Part shown: positions 18,229 through 27,824 of the stretch, piece by piece
Layout of the letters: every line of letters begins with the position of its first letter
Position numbering within the stretch: position 1 is the first letter of the stretch
Source of the DNA: Bdellovibrio sp.
GTDB taxonomy: Bacteria > Bdellovibrionota > Bdellovibrionia > Bdellovibrionales > Bdellovibrionaceae
Length of the DNA: 64,000 nucleotides
Assembly: GCA_036676395.1 (NCBI GenBank)
Contig: JAKFCY010000002.1
Coordinates: forward strand, 1,184,001 to 1,248,000
Direction: 5' to 3'
Program-made: the position numbers and the translations under genes
Notes under the pieces: model-generated
Told to the model about the DNA's origin: nothing
Seen by the model: the letters and a program-made list of their open reading frames with translations, nothing else
Databases searched by the model: none

Positions 18229-19248
18229 ATGAAGACACTTATCTCCCTTTTATTTGTTTCTTTATTTGTTCAATCAACCTACGCACGTAACTGGGATAGA
18301 ATCCAAATTCCGGGAGCCGTTTGCGGCGATGGGCTTCCTTATACGGTCTTTGTTGATCCAAAAGCTAATTCAAAAAATCTACTGGTTGAGTTTATGGGCG
18401 GCGGTGTTTGCTGGGATTTTGATACCTGCTACGGAGTCGATTTTAGCGGAATCAATTTCAGAACTTGGATGCATCCATTAGTAGAAGTTCCATTTTATAG
18501 CTACATGACCAGCGATATGTGGTTGGTTTCAGACCACCCATTTGTAAAAGACTCAGCGATTTATTTACCGTATTGCACAGGTGATGTGTTTTCAGCGGAT
18601 CACCAAGCTAACTATTCTGGAGTTCCTGCCTATCACCAAGGTTACCGTAATATTTTAATGACGTTTGCCTATCTTCAGAAAAAGAACATGATCAATTTTA
18701 GTAAAATTGAGCGCTTAACAGTTTGGGGAGCTTCAGCAGGTGGTATCGGGGCTTTTGTTCATTTAAGAAATATTGAGCCGTATTTTCCGAAAGCTAATAA
18801 AATTGCGATCATCGATAGTGCTGGTCTTCATTTCGGAAAAAACTTCTGGCACAAGTTTACACCGCGTTTATTCAGTGATTTTTCAAAGGCCTTTGCCGAA
18901 GCGGGTGTGCAGTTAAACTATAATGATGGCTTCATCGCTCAGCATATGGGGCCAGTATTAAATAACTTAAAACAATGGACGATTGGCATTATGCAATCAA
19001 CTCGAGACGGCGTTATGTCGACGGCCTTCGGAGATATTTCGCCCGAGAATCATCGCCAGCTTGTCTTGTCTAATCGTGGAATAGCGGCAGTTGCGCGGCC
19101 ATATCCAAACACAAGTGTTTGGATTGCAGATTCGGATCAACATACGTTTTTATTATTACCAACGACTGCAGAAGCGCAGGATATACACAACCAATCCGCA
19201 ATTAATTTCGTAAATTACATCATACAAAAAGCCACTGTTTTAAAATAG
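18229..19248 (+). CDS. Secreted pectinacetylesterase/Notum-family alpha/beta hydrolase
   Basis: Signal peptide; CGDG, FMGGGVCWD, LPYCTGDV, GASAGG nucleophile elbow. Confidence 0.8.
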   Translation: MKTLISLLFVSLFVQSTYARNWDRIQIPGAVCGDGLPYTVFVDPKANSKNLLVEFMGGGVCWDFDTCYGVDFSGINFRTWMHPLVEVPFYSYMTSDMWLVSDHPFVKDSAIYLPYCTGDVFSADHQANYSGVPAYHQGYRNILMTFAYLQKKNMINFSKIERLTVWGASAGGIGAFVHLRNIEPYFPKANKIAIIDSAGLHFGKNFWHKFTPRLFSDFSKAFAEAGVQLNYNDGFIAQHMGPVLNNLKQWTIGIMQSTRDGVMSTAFGDISPENHRQLVLSNRGIAAVARPYPNTSVWIADSDQHTFLLLPTTAEAQDIHNQSAINFVNYIIQKATVLK

Positions 19249-19261
19249 TGGCCAATTAGAA

Positions 19262-20542
19262 TTATAATCCGCCAACGTTAACCAGGTAAGATTCTTTACC
19301 TAAAACGCTTTCCATTTTTTTAAGAATCGTCATCCATTGAAAATTACGGTTATCAGTGCCGACTAGATAGTTTAAAAATTCTTTTAGCACTAAGGGTGAA
19401 GTGTGAAAGTACGACGATAGGCCGTTAGTCACCACATCGATATTAGTCTTCGTCTTGTAAGCATTAAAGTGATCAAGGTAATACGAATAGCTCGAGCACG
19501 AATCAAAGTAGTAGATCTGTTTTTTATTCGGAAAAACGAATTTGCCGGCTTTTCTTTCAAGGTCTGGAATATTAAGGTTTCCGCCAAGGCCTGAGTGGCC
19601 TTCATAGATAATTGCATCAGCTCGGGCGACTGCTTGTTTAAAGAACTCAGCAAAAACTTTAGATTTTGATTCGATAGCGGTTTCAACTAATAAGCTTTTA
19701 ATTTCGATTCTGATCGTTTCGCCAGTCGATAAAACTACAGTTTTTTTATAGAGGTTTAAAGGGTAGGGCGTATTTTTTTTGAGGCGCTCAACCGAAAAAC
19801 CCTTATCCATTAAATAGGCGTGGGCATCTTGGTAATTAATGCGACCATCGTCTTCAGGGTCTTTTTTATCTTCTGAAAAACCGTGAATTAAATAAATTGA
19901 AAATAAATCGCCATTGCCGTTATCACCACGAAGCAGCGGTAATTCAGCCGAACGTTGAATATTACGGCTTCTGGATTTTTTCACCTGAATAACTACGTTT
20001 TGTGCTAATGGGTCTTGTGATAAACGTTCACAACCTTCGCGGTACGGGTCATAGAAATACCAAAAATCACCGAAGGTATCATAGTGTGAATCGGTACATT
20101 TTTTACGGTAAATTTTAAATGGGTTTGTCGGTAGCGGAACATTAAAGTGGCCTTTGGCTAACACCTTTTCTGCGGCGTTGTTATGAAGAATCATTTGGCC
20201 TGTGTTTTTATAGTGAACGCGCACAAATGACTGTTGGTTTTTTTGAAAGACTTCTTCGGCTAAGATTAGAATTTCTGATTGTGATTTTGGGCCGCCGATA
20301 CCGTGAATATTATTTGAATTAATACCCATACGCTCGATTATTGTAGGCGAACTAAAAATGCCGAACATGTGCTGGGCTTGAAACTGGGCGGCCGTGATCG
20401 AATCATTGAATGATTCATCCAGTGGAACTTCGACGATCGCTTCATAAGTGAAATCGACTTCGGTTGCATTTGGCGACAAGATCTGCGCCGATAGTGAAAC
20501 TGTACTTGTTAAAATGAATAAGCATAGGCCCAGAAGTTTCAT
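19262..20542 (-). CDS. Secreted protein with possible C-terminal caspase/gingipain-like (clan CD) peptidase domain
   Basis: Start moved to ATG 20542 (MKLLGLCLFILTSTVSLSA); IIYEGHSG and YYFDSCS resemble the clan CD His/Cys dyad. Gene well supported, function speculative. Confidence 0.6.
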   Translation of the reverse strand: MKLLGLCLFILTSTVSLSAQILSPNATEVDFTYEAIVEVPLDESFNDSITAAQFQAQHMFGIFSSPTIIERMGINSNNIHGIGGPKSQSEILILAEEVFQKNQQSFVRVHYKNTGQMILHNNAAEKVLAKGHFNVPLPTNPFKIYRKKCTDSHYDTFGDFWYFYDPYREGCERLSQDPLAQNVVIQVKKSRSRNIQRSAELPLLRGDNGNGDLFSIYLIHGFSEDKKDPEDDGRINYQDAHAYLMDKGFSVERLKKNTPYPLNLYKKTVVLSTGETIRIEIKSLLVETAIESKSKVFAEFFKQAVARADAIIYEGHSGLGGNLNIPDLERKAGKFVFPNKKQIYYFDSCSSYSYYLDHFNAYKTKTNIDVVTNGLSSYFHTSPLVLKEFLNYLVGTDNRNFQWMTILKKMESVLGKESYLVNVGGL

Positions 20543-20543
20543 A

Positions 20544-21356
20544 CTATTTTTTACTCTCAACCGATTCTACGTTGTTGCCCCCGATAGACTTTAAAGTTAG
20601 TTCGCCGTCACCATAGATTTCTGTAGCGACAAATAAATTAATTTGTGGGGCAGAGATAACCATGCCAGATGCGTTTTCACCCAAAGTAGTGATCGTGTTT
20701 TTTTCGGCAAGCACTAAGGTATTAGATTCTAAACGAATGCTGCCAGTGAACTTTTGCATAATAAGAGATGCATTTTTCAACATGATATCACTAGCTGTTA
20801 CACTAAAGCCGTAGCTTAAATTACTAATTTTGTGTTCGCCGCAGATGAAAACGCGGCTAGCGCTTAAACTGATACTAACAGCGGTAAGGTCTACTTTATC
20901 TGAAATATCAGTTAAGCCAGCAATTTCAGATTCGGCTAACTCACAACCTAGATTGATATATGACTTTTCAGCTTCAGTTTGTTTCACGGTAGCCGTGGTT
21001 GAAACAAGGTTTTCTGCGGTCATTGTGCTTAAGTCTATTAAATTTTTCGCAGTGACTGTGCTTGATCCAGATTTATTCAAACCTGCACTCTGAGAAATCG
21101 TAATACGAGAATCTATTTTTTCACTGTCTAGTACAGCGACCCCATTTAAAGCAATTCGCCCGGGCTGTCCGCCATCAGTTAAAAATTCAAGTTTAGTCGT
21201 AGAATCGCGCAAGATCTTATCCATGTCTTCTTGGCTTTGTCTGATGATATCAGCAATCTTTTTATCATGGTCTTCGTGAGTTTGTGATTTTGTACAACCA
21301 GTGAATACGATTGCCGCTGTTGTTAATAACAATGAGATTGAGATAAATTTTTTCAT
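20544..21356 (-). CDS. Hypothetical lipoprotein
   Basis: MKKFISISLLLTTAAIVFTG-C lipobox; Ser/Thr/Ile-rich, beta-like C-terminal half. Confidence 0.8.
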   Translation of the reverse strand: MKKFISISLLLTTAAIVFTGCTKSQTHEDHDKKIADIIRQSQEDMDKILRDSTTKLEFLTDGGQPGRIALNGVAVLDSEKIDSRITISQSAGLNKSGSSTVTAKNLIDLSTMTAENLVSTTATVKQTEAEKSYINLGCELAESEIAGLTDISDKVDLTAVSISLSASRVFICGEHKISNLSYGFSVTASDIMLKNASLIMQKFTGSIRLESNTLVLAEKNTITTLGENASGMVISAPQINLFVATEIYGDGELTLKSIGGNNVESVESKK

Positions 21357-21449
21357 AGACGTGTTTATAACAAATCTAAGACTAGATTAGTGAATTATCT
21401 GTAGAAGTAGGTGAATCCTATAGGTTCGTCAAAACTTTAGACACTTAGG

Positions 21450-21785
21450 TTATTGAGTTTTACTCTCTAAACGCGCAATACGTGCTTCAAGCTCTTTAAT
21501 TTTATCGACTAAGGCTTGTTGGTACTTGATTTCGGCCTGATCTAAGTTGGGAGATTGAGCCTCGTTTATTTGGTCTGCTGCTTCGGCTAGTTTTGCGAGC
21601 TGGGTTTCTTGAATTTTTTTAAGTTGCTGAATTTGGGTTTGCATATTCAGTAACCCTTTTTTCATGTTGGCTATTTTAGGCGGAAATTCGCCGGTGACTA
21701 AGCAGTAGCTGGCGATGAACATGATTGCTGCGAATAGAAGGGTAACGATTAGTTTTTTCAGTACTTCAGAGAAGAATTTTTTCAT
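21450..21785 (-). CDS. Small membrane-anchored coiled-coil protein
   Basis: One N-terminal hydrophobic helix then Q/E/K-rich heptads; starts 3 nt after the ligase stop. Confidence 0.75.
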   Translation of the reverse strand: MKKFFSEVLKKLIVTLLFAAIMFIASYCLVTGEFPPKIANMKKGLLNMQTQIQQLKKIQETQLAKLAEAADQINEAQSPNLDQAEIKYQQALVDKIKELEARIARLESKTQ

Positions 21786-21788
21786 GAG

Positions 21789-22988
21789 TTATGTAGCTTC
21801 TTTTTTGAAAAGGTCAAGGTAGCTGATGGCATATAAGAAATAAATCAGAGTTGATGTTTGCGCCATAAAAAGCATTTCGAATTGGCCAGCGACTAACATG
21901 AATAAAATAATTGGTAAAAATAACTGCTTAGCTAGTTTGTTTGAATGCAAAAGCAATTCTTTGCACCATAAACCTAGCCAAGCTAAAAAGGCCAATAAAC
22001 CAACGATTCCCATATTAGCTGCCATTTCAAGATACACGTTATGAGAGTGCTCAATATAATGTTTATTTTCTAAATTATATTTTTCTTTTATTTCTTTAAC
22101 GTGAAACTTCAATTGCTGCGGGCCAAACCCCAAAATAGGACGTTCTTTAAAGGCGTGAATAGCAGATAAATATTGCGACATGCGCTCGCTGTTAGATGCG
22201 CTATTTGAGCCCAATAAAAAGCGCGAGCGGGCGCTGCCACCCATGAGGGCTACAATCACCATTAGGCTGATGAATGCGGCTGAAACTAATGCAATTATAA
22301 TAGCAATACGTTTATTGAAAAAGAAAAACACAACAGGAAGACCTATCAAAAAACCTAGCATTGCACCGCGGGTATACGACATATATAACCCTATAAATCC
22401 AATAACAAAAACTAGGTAAAGGTAAACTTTGTTAAGCGTTGGAAGTTTTTTTGAATTCAGGCAAATTGTCAACAGCGCTAAGAGAACCATGGCTGAGCCA
22501 TAGCCGTAGCGCATAACATCGGTAAAGCCACCAAGGCGAAAATCGTTGCTGTTGAGTAAATTGGGAGCAATATTAACTCTTGTAAAACCGTAGATAAAAG
22601 CAATAACAATAGTTGCCAGAAAAATATTAAATGCAATCCGCGAATGTTTTTTTAAGAACTCATTGTTTTGTAATTTTTGATGGCGAAATACAATTAAAGC
22701 TAAAATGCCCGATAATGGATATTTAATGATTCCGATTGAACGAAATTTTTCTTCAAGTTCGACAAAGTTTACGGTTGCAGATAAGAGTTGAACGCCAATA
22801 AAACTTAATAAGGCTAAAGTGCTTGCAGGTAAATTTTTAAAATCAATTTCTTTACGAATAAAAAACAAAACAAAAACAATGAGTATGAGTAATTGGTATA
22901 TTGAGATAAATGAAACGGAAGCAAAAATCGCCATAGCTAAAGCATAGAAAGAGATGGCTGTAAATCTAATGGCGTACTTATCGGTCAT
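21789..22988 (-). CDS. O-antigen ligase (Wzy_C) family protein
   Basis: Multi-TM; SYTRGA, PILGFG, HSHNVYLE...GIVG. Confidence 0.88.
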   Translation of the reverse strand: MTDKYAIRFTAISFYALAMAIFASVSFISIYQLLILIVFVLFFIRKEIDFKNLPASTLALLSFIGVQLLSATVNFVELEEKFRSIGIIKYPLSGILALIVFRHQKLQNNEFLKKHSRIAFNIFLATIVIAFIYGFTRVNIAPNLLNSNDFRLGGFTDVMRYGYGSAMVLLALLTICLNSKKLPTLNKVYLYLVFVIGFIGLYMSYTRGAMLGFLIGLPVVFFFFNKRIAIIIALVSAAFISLMVIVALMGGSARSRFLLGSNSASNSERMSQYLSAIHAFKERPILGFGPQQLKFHVKEIKEKYNLENKHYIEHSHNVYLEMAANMGIVGLLAFLAWLGLWCKELLLHSNKLAKQLFLPIILFMLVAGQFEMLFMAQTSTLIYFLYAISYLDLFKKEAT

Positions 22989-23059
22989 AAAGTCTCCTGC
23001 GATCAGCTTATGATTCAGGAAACTTTATAACCAGTCAACGCCCGGACGGCTACAAGTTA

Positions 23060-23677
23060 TTACTTGCACCTTCTCCAAGACATAACAAAAGTTGAATTAA
23101 CGCCAGTATCAACAGAATCTAAGTTAATTTGTGCAATTGAACGATCTTTTGTGTTTGGAAAGTAAGCTACCTGTAGTTCAGATAGTAATTGGATAGTTTG
23201 TACACGTTGATTACACGGCGAGAAAACTATGCGGCCCGGTTTTTGGCGAACAGAAACAGCATAATCATCCGCAATTGGTCCTTTTAATTGAGCTTCGCGA
23301 GCTGAAACAATTGGCTGCCCAGGGATGATTTGAGTAAAACGGTGTAAACCGTAAGCTGAAACAGGAAGTGCAGCAAAACCACGGTAATCAGTTTGTTCTA
23401 ATCCGTATTGGTAACCTTGCGGCACATCAACATCAATTAAAACGCGGCAACTCTTTCTAAGGCTTGTAGACTGAGGGTTTTCAGAACCGTTACCGATATC
23501 GACTTTAAAATTATCAAAAAGAACAGATAGCGTTTTACCATCTGAAGTCGTTGTGGCCCATGCCGTAGATTCGCTACAACCAGTTCCGGTCATTCTGACC
23601 CCACGGATAGTTACGCTTTGAGCTTGTGCTATCGCCGCAAAACCGAATAAACCTGCTAATAGAATAATCATTTTCAT
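23060..23677 (-). CDS. Secreted DUF4360-family protein
   Basis: Start moved to ATG 23677 (AGGGGGA upstream); GTGC, SVLFD, KSC...VPQGYQY, DYRGFA, SPC, DSVD, terminal WRRC. Confidence 0.8.
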   Translation of the reverse strand: MKMIILLAGLFGFAAIAQAQSVTIRGVRMTGTGCSESTAWATTTSDGKTLSVLFDNFKVDIGNGSENPQSTSLRKSCRVLIDVDVPQGYQYGLEQTDYRGFAALPVSAYGLHRFTQIIPGQPIVSAREAQLKGPIADDYAVSVRQKPGRIVFSPCNQRVQTIQLLSELQVAYFPNTKDRSIAQINLDSVDTGVNSTFVMSWRRCK

Positions 23678-23793
23678 TAAATTCCCCCTGGTAGTGTTAG
23701 TTAGTCTATTTTTCAAGCTAGCGCGTTGGTGTCGCGATGGCCTCAAAAATAGGGTCCTAACATAGTCTTAGCAATCAAAAAGCCAAAAGTTTA

Positions 23794-23822
23794 TTGCCCT
23801 GAAAGCGAAGGCTTTATAGACT
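23794..23822 (+). promoter_or_regulatory. Putative sigma70 promoter of manC-pstCAB
   Basis: TTGCCC (23794-23799), 17 nt spacer, TAGACT (23817-23822); ATG 8 nt later. Confidence 0.5.
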
Positions 23823-23830
23823 CGGGGCTT

Positions 23831-25219
23831 ATGAATTTACTTCCTGTGATTATGAGTGGTGGAAGTGGAACTCGCCTTTGGCCAGTTTCACGCGCAAAAT
23901 TTCCGAAACAGTTCTGTGAACTATTAGATGAACCGTTACATACGATGACTTTGAATCGTTTAAAAAAATATGGCCCAAACTTAGTCGTTACAAACATTAA
24001 GTTTCAAGATCTTACTGAGCGCGATATTCGCACCAATGGCTTTAACGTCGAGAAAGTTCTTTATGAACCAACTCCTCGTAATACGGCAGCGGCGATTGGT
24101 TTAGTTTGTAAGTATTTACAGTTTCAAAATAAGCTAGATCAAGTTGTCGGAGTATTTTCGTCAGATAATCTTATTTTAGATGAAAAATCGTTTCACGAAG
24201 CTTTAGCCGTAGCCACAAAAACAGCAAGCACTGGTTCGGTGGTTGTGCTTGGTATTAAGCCAGATCGTCCAGAAACTGGATTTGGTTATATTCAGGTAAA
24301 AAACCGTGCGATTGGTACAAAAGAAGCCACTGAAGTTTTAAAGTTTCACGAAAAACCATCGGTTAATAATGCCAATGAGTTTTTAAATGCCGGTACATAT
24401 TTTTGGAATGCCGGAATTTTTATCTTTCGTGTAGAAAACATGATTCAGCATTTTAAAAAGCTTGAGCCTGAAATTTGGAATCATTTAGAAAAATTAAAGT
24501 CTGATCTATCAAACTTAAATGAAGTTTATAAAGATATCAAAAATATCTCGATTGATTATGCGATCTTAGAAAAACTAACATCGCCTGAATTAATGTGTGT
24601 AACTTGTGATATTGGCTGGTCAGATTTAGGTTCGTGGGATTCGTTAATGGAGATCCGCGAGGGCGTACAAAACAAAGGCCTTCAAAATATTCAAGTCTCT
24701 AGTAAAAATAATTCGGTATTTCCGTTAGAGAACAAAGCTTATAGTTTTGTCGGTGTTGATGATCTTATGGTTATTGATACGGTAGATGCACTGCTAGTTT
24801 GTAAAAAGAACGAATCACAAAAAGTTAAAGATGTGGTCGATCGCTTAAAAGTGACTAGCCCAGAATTAACTGAAGAACACGTTTTTGAAAATCGGCCTTG
24901 GGGTAAGTTCGAAATCTTAAAAGATCAAGATTATTACAAATCTAAAGTTATCCGCGTAGATGCGGGGCAAAAAATTTCTTATCAGTCACATGCCAAACGT
25001 GCTGAACACTGGATTATCGTAAAAGGTGAAGCCGTAGTTATTTTAGATGATAAAGAAGTTCCGTTAAAAACTGGCCAGCATATTTTTATCCCGCAGGGTG
25101 CAAAACATCGTATTATTAATAATTCGAAAGCCGCGGTAGAATTTATCGAGGTTCAAGTTGGTTCGTATTTTGGTGAAGATGACATTGTTCGTTACCAAGA
25201 TGATTACGGCCGTAACTAA
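23831..25219 (+). CDS. manC: Mannose-1-phosphate guanylyltransferase / mannose-6-phosphate isomerase
   Basis: GGSGTRLWPVSR..PKQF, RNTA, WNAGIF, WSDLGSW; C-terminal cupin RPWG, QSH..RAEHW. Confidence 0.96.
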   Translation: MNLLPVIMSGGSGTRLWPVSRAKFPKQFCELLDEPLHTMTLNRLKKYGPNLVVTNIKFQDLTERDIRTNGFNVEKVLYEPTPRNTAAAIGLVCKYLQFQNKLDQVVGVFSSDNLILDEKSFHEALAVATKTASTGSVVVLGIKPDRPETGFGYIQVKNRAIGTKEATEVLKFHEKPSVNNANEFLNAGTYFWNAGIFIFRVENMIQHFKKLEPEIWNHLEKLKSDLSNLNEVYKDIKNISIDYAILEKLTSPELMCVTCDIGWSDLGSWDSLMEIREGVQNKGLQNIQVSSKNNSVFPLENKAYSFVGVDDLMVIDTVDALLVCKKNESQKVKDVVDRLKVTSPELTEEHVFENRPWGKFEILKDQDYYKSKVIRVDAGQKISYQSHAKRAEHWIIVKGEAVVILDDKEVPLKTGQHIFIPQGAKHRIINNSKAAVEFIEVQVGSYFGEDDIVRYQDDYGRN

Positions 25220-25221
25220 TT

Positions 25222-26115
25222 ATGAAGTATAAACTAAGAAGACAGCTCACTGAAAAATTTATTGAACTGATTCTATTCTTAGCTGCAGCAAGTTCAGTGC
25301 TGATCACATTTTTTATTGTCTATACTTTAGTGACCGAAGCCTTTCCATTTTTTAAAGAAGTCGGTCTAAAAGATTTTATTTTTGAAACTGAATGGACGCC
25401 GTTATTTGAAAATCCAAAATACGGGATCGCCGCTTTAGTTTCGGGAACTTTGTTAACCACAACGATAGCGCTTTTTGTGGCATTGCCGTTTGGGATTATC
25501 ACTTCAGTGTTTTTGAGTGAATACGCAACAGATAAAGTGCGTGAAATTTTTAAACCATTACTAGAACTATTGGCCGCGGTGCCAACTGTTGTCTATGGTT
25601 ATTTTGCAATGACATTGATAACGCCGTGGTTACAAAAAATATTTCCTGACCTTTCAGGTTTTAATGCGTTAAGTGCAGGCCTGGTGATGGGGATTATGAT
25701 TGTTCCCTATGTGAGTTCACTATCTGAGGATGCGATGCGAGCAGTGCCTCAGCAATTACGTGAAGGAAGTCTTGCCTTAGGGGCTTCTAAATTTCAAACA
25801 TCTTTTCGCGTCGTCATTCCGAGTGCGTTTTCAGGAATTGCTTCAGCTTTCGTTCTAGCGATTTCACGTGCACTGGGTGAAACCATGGTTGTGGCCATCG
25901 CCGCCGGATTAGAACCCAAATTTGGTTTTAATCCGTTAGGCCCAACAGAAACATTAACTGCTTATATCGTACAAGTCAGCCAAGGCGATCTTCCGCAAGG
26001 TAGCATGGGGTATCGCACGATTTATGTGTGCGGCATCGTTTTACTATTATTTACCCTGACTTTTAATATTATCGGGCAGACCATTCGTCACCGTATGGAA
26101 AAGCAGGTGAAATAG
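25222..26115 (+). CDS. pstC: Phosphate ABC transporter permease PstC
   Basis: ELLAAVPTVVYG, EGSLALGA, RALGETM. Confidence 0.95.
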   Translation: MKYKLRRQLTEKFIELILFLAAASSVLITFFIVYTLVTEAFPFFKEVGLKDFIFETEWTPLFENPKYGIAALVSGTLLTTTIALFVALPFGIITSVFLSEYATDKVREIFKPLLELLAAVPTVVYGYFAMTLITPWLQKIFPDLSGFNALSAGLVMGIMIVPYVSSLSEDAMRAVPQQLREGSLALGASKFQTSFRVVIPSAFSGIASAFVLAISRALGETMVVAIAAGLEPKFGFNPLGPTETLTAYIVQVSQGDLPQGSMGYRTIYVCGIVLLLFTLTFNIIGQTIRHRMEKQVK

Positions 26116-27039
26116 ATGTTTGATCAAACGAATGCAAAATTATTGCAACAGATTAAGTTTTTAAAAGCCCAAGATGTCGTGTTTTGGTTTGTCGGTTTAT
26201 TTGTTTTAGCCGGCGCTTTTATTATTTTATTCGCCCTGATCTATGACATGGGGCAAACAGGTATTCCGCGGATTAATCAAGAATTCTTTCTGAACTTTCC
26301 TTCACGCTTTGCCGGACGCGCGGGAATTTTAGCCGCTTGGGTTGGAAGTCTTTGTGTGGTGTTAGTCACTGCCTTATTAGCTATTCCATTAGGAGTAGCA
26401 ACGGGTGTGTATTTAGAAGAATATGCTCCTAAAGGTTGGTTTTCTCGAATGATCGAATTAAACATTTTAAACTTAGCGGGAGTTCCGTCGATCATTTACG
26501 GGATCATGGCCCTATCGCTGTTTGTTTACGAGTTTGGTTTAAAACAAAGTATTTTAACCGCCGGCATGACTTTAGGGCTTTTGATTTTACCGATTATTAT
26601 TGTAACAACTCGTGAAGCGATTCGTACGATTCCAAATCACATTCGTGAAGCCAGTTACGCCCTAGGCGCTACGAAATGGCAAACAGTGCGCAGTCACATC
26701 GTTCCGTACAGTTTCGGCGGCATCATGACAGGCGTTGTGATCGCATTATCGCGTGCGATTGGTGAAACCGCGCCGTTACTAACCGTCGGAGCGGTGGCAT
26801 TCATTGCCTTTTTGCCGACCCCGCCGGTGATGGCTGTGGCTCCTTATGTGAGTGCGCAATGGTTAATGGATCCTTACACGGTGATGCCAATTCAAATGTT
26901 TAACTGGATTTCACGCCCGCAAGAAGAATTTCATGTGAATGCTGCCGCTGCAGGTATTGTGCTACTATCAATGACTCTGGTGTTAAATGCGCTGGCGATT
27001 TTTATTCGTTACCGTTTCAGAAAGAAATATAAGTGGTAA
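26116..27039 (+). CDS. pstA: Phosphate ABC transporter permease PstA
   Basis: YLEEYA, NLAGVPSIIYG, EASYALGA, RAIGETAP. Confidence 0.95.
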   Translation: MFDQTNAKLLQQIKFLKAQDVVFWFVGLFVLAGAFIILFALIYDMGQTGIPRINQEFFLNFPSRFAGRAGILAAWVGSLCVVLVTALLAIPLGVATGVYLEEYAPKGWFSRMIELNILNLAGVPSIIYGIMALSLFVYEFGLKQSILTAGMTLGLLILPIIIVTTREAIRTIPNHIREASYALGATKWQTVRSHIVPYSFGGIMTGVVIALSRAIGETAPLLTVGAVAFIAFLPTPPVMAVAPYVSAQWLMDPYTVMPIQMFNWISRPQEEFHVNAAAAGIVLLSMTLVLNALAIFIRYRFRKKYKW

Positions 27040-27042
27040 AAC

Positions 27043-27819
27043 ATGAAAAATATTAAAGCCGAAGTTAAAAATCTAACTTTTAGTTATGACAAAACATCGA
27101 CTGGTCGCCCAGTGCTAAATTCGGTAAGTCTTCCGGTTTTTGAAAATAGCATTACGGCTTTAATTGGTCCGTCGGGCTGCGGTAAGACCACGCTGCTTCG
27201 TTGTTTTAATCGTATGCATGATCTTTATGGTGCGGTTAAGTACGAAGGTAAAATTATTTTACAACCCTCTGGTTTTGATATTTTGTCTAAGCAAGTTGAT
27301 CCTTTAGAAGTGCGCATGAAGGTCGGAATGGTTTTTCAAAAACCAAATCCATTTCCTAAATCAATCTATGAAAACGTAGCTTATGGTTTGAAAATTCGCG
27401 GTATTAAAAAGAAGTCTTATCTTGATGATAAAGTTGAAGATTCACTTAAAAAAGCAGGCCTGTGGAAAGAAGTAAGCGATCGTTTAAAAGCTTCAGCCTC
27501 TGCGTTATCAGGTGGTCAGCAGCAGCGTCTTTGCATTGCGCGCGCGCTGGCGACTGAGCCTGAATTATTACTTTTAGATGAACCAACGTCAGCTCTTGAC
27601 CCGATTTCAACCGCGCATATTGAAGAGCTTATAGGTGAGCTTAAAAAAACAGTAACGATTTTAATGGTTACGCATAATCTACACCAAGCAGGACGTGCTT
27701 CAGATTTTACGGCGTTTATGTACCTTGGAGATTTGATTGAGTTTGGCGAAAGTTCGCAAGTGTTCACGAACCCGAAAGAAGAGAAAACAGAGAACTATAT
27801 TACCGGTCGTTTCGGGTAG
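27043..27819 (+). CDS. pstB: Phosphate ABC transporter ATPase PstB
   Basis: [40 protein letters not shown]. Confidence 0.97.
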   Translation: MKNIKAEVKNLTFSYDKTSTGRPVLNSVSLPVFENSITALIGPSGCGKTTLLRCFNRMHDLYGAVKYEGKIILQPSGFDILSKQVDPLEVRMKVGMVFQKPNPFPKSIYENVAYGLKIRGIKKKSYLDDKVEDSLKKAGLWKEVSDRLKASASALSGGQQQRLCIARALATEPELLLLDEPTSALDPISTAHIEELIGELKKTVTILMVTHNLHQAGRASDFTAFMYLGDLIEFGESSQVFTNPKEEKTENYITGRFG

Positions 27820-27824
27820 CTTGA

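Noticed and set aside
1286..21442. GTC...GAC imperfect palindromes in intergenic DNA (about 1286-1302, 18121-18137, 21428-21442) as a shared operator
   Set aside because: Spacing differs (11, 7 and 9 nt) and the arms are short; cannot be told from chance without a genome-wide count.
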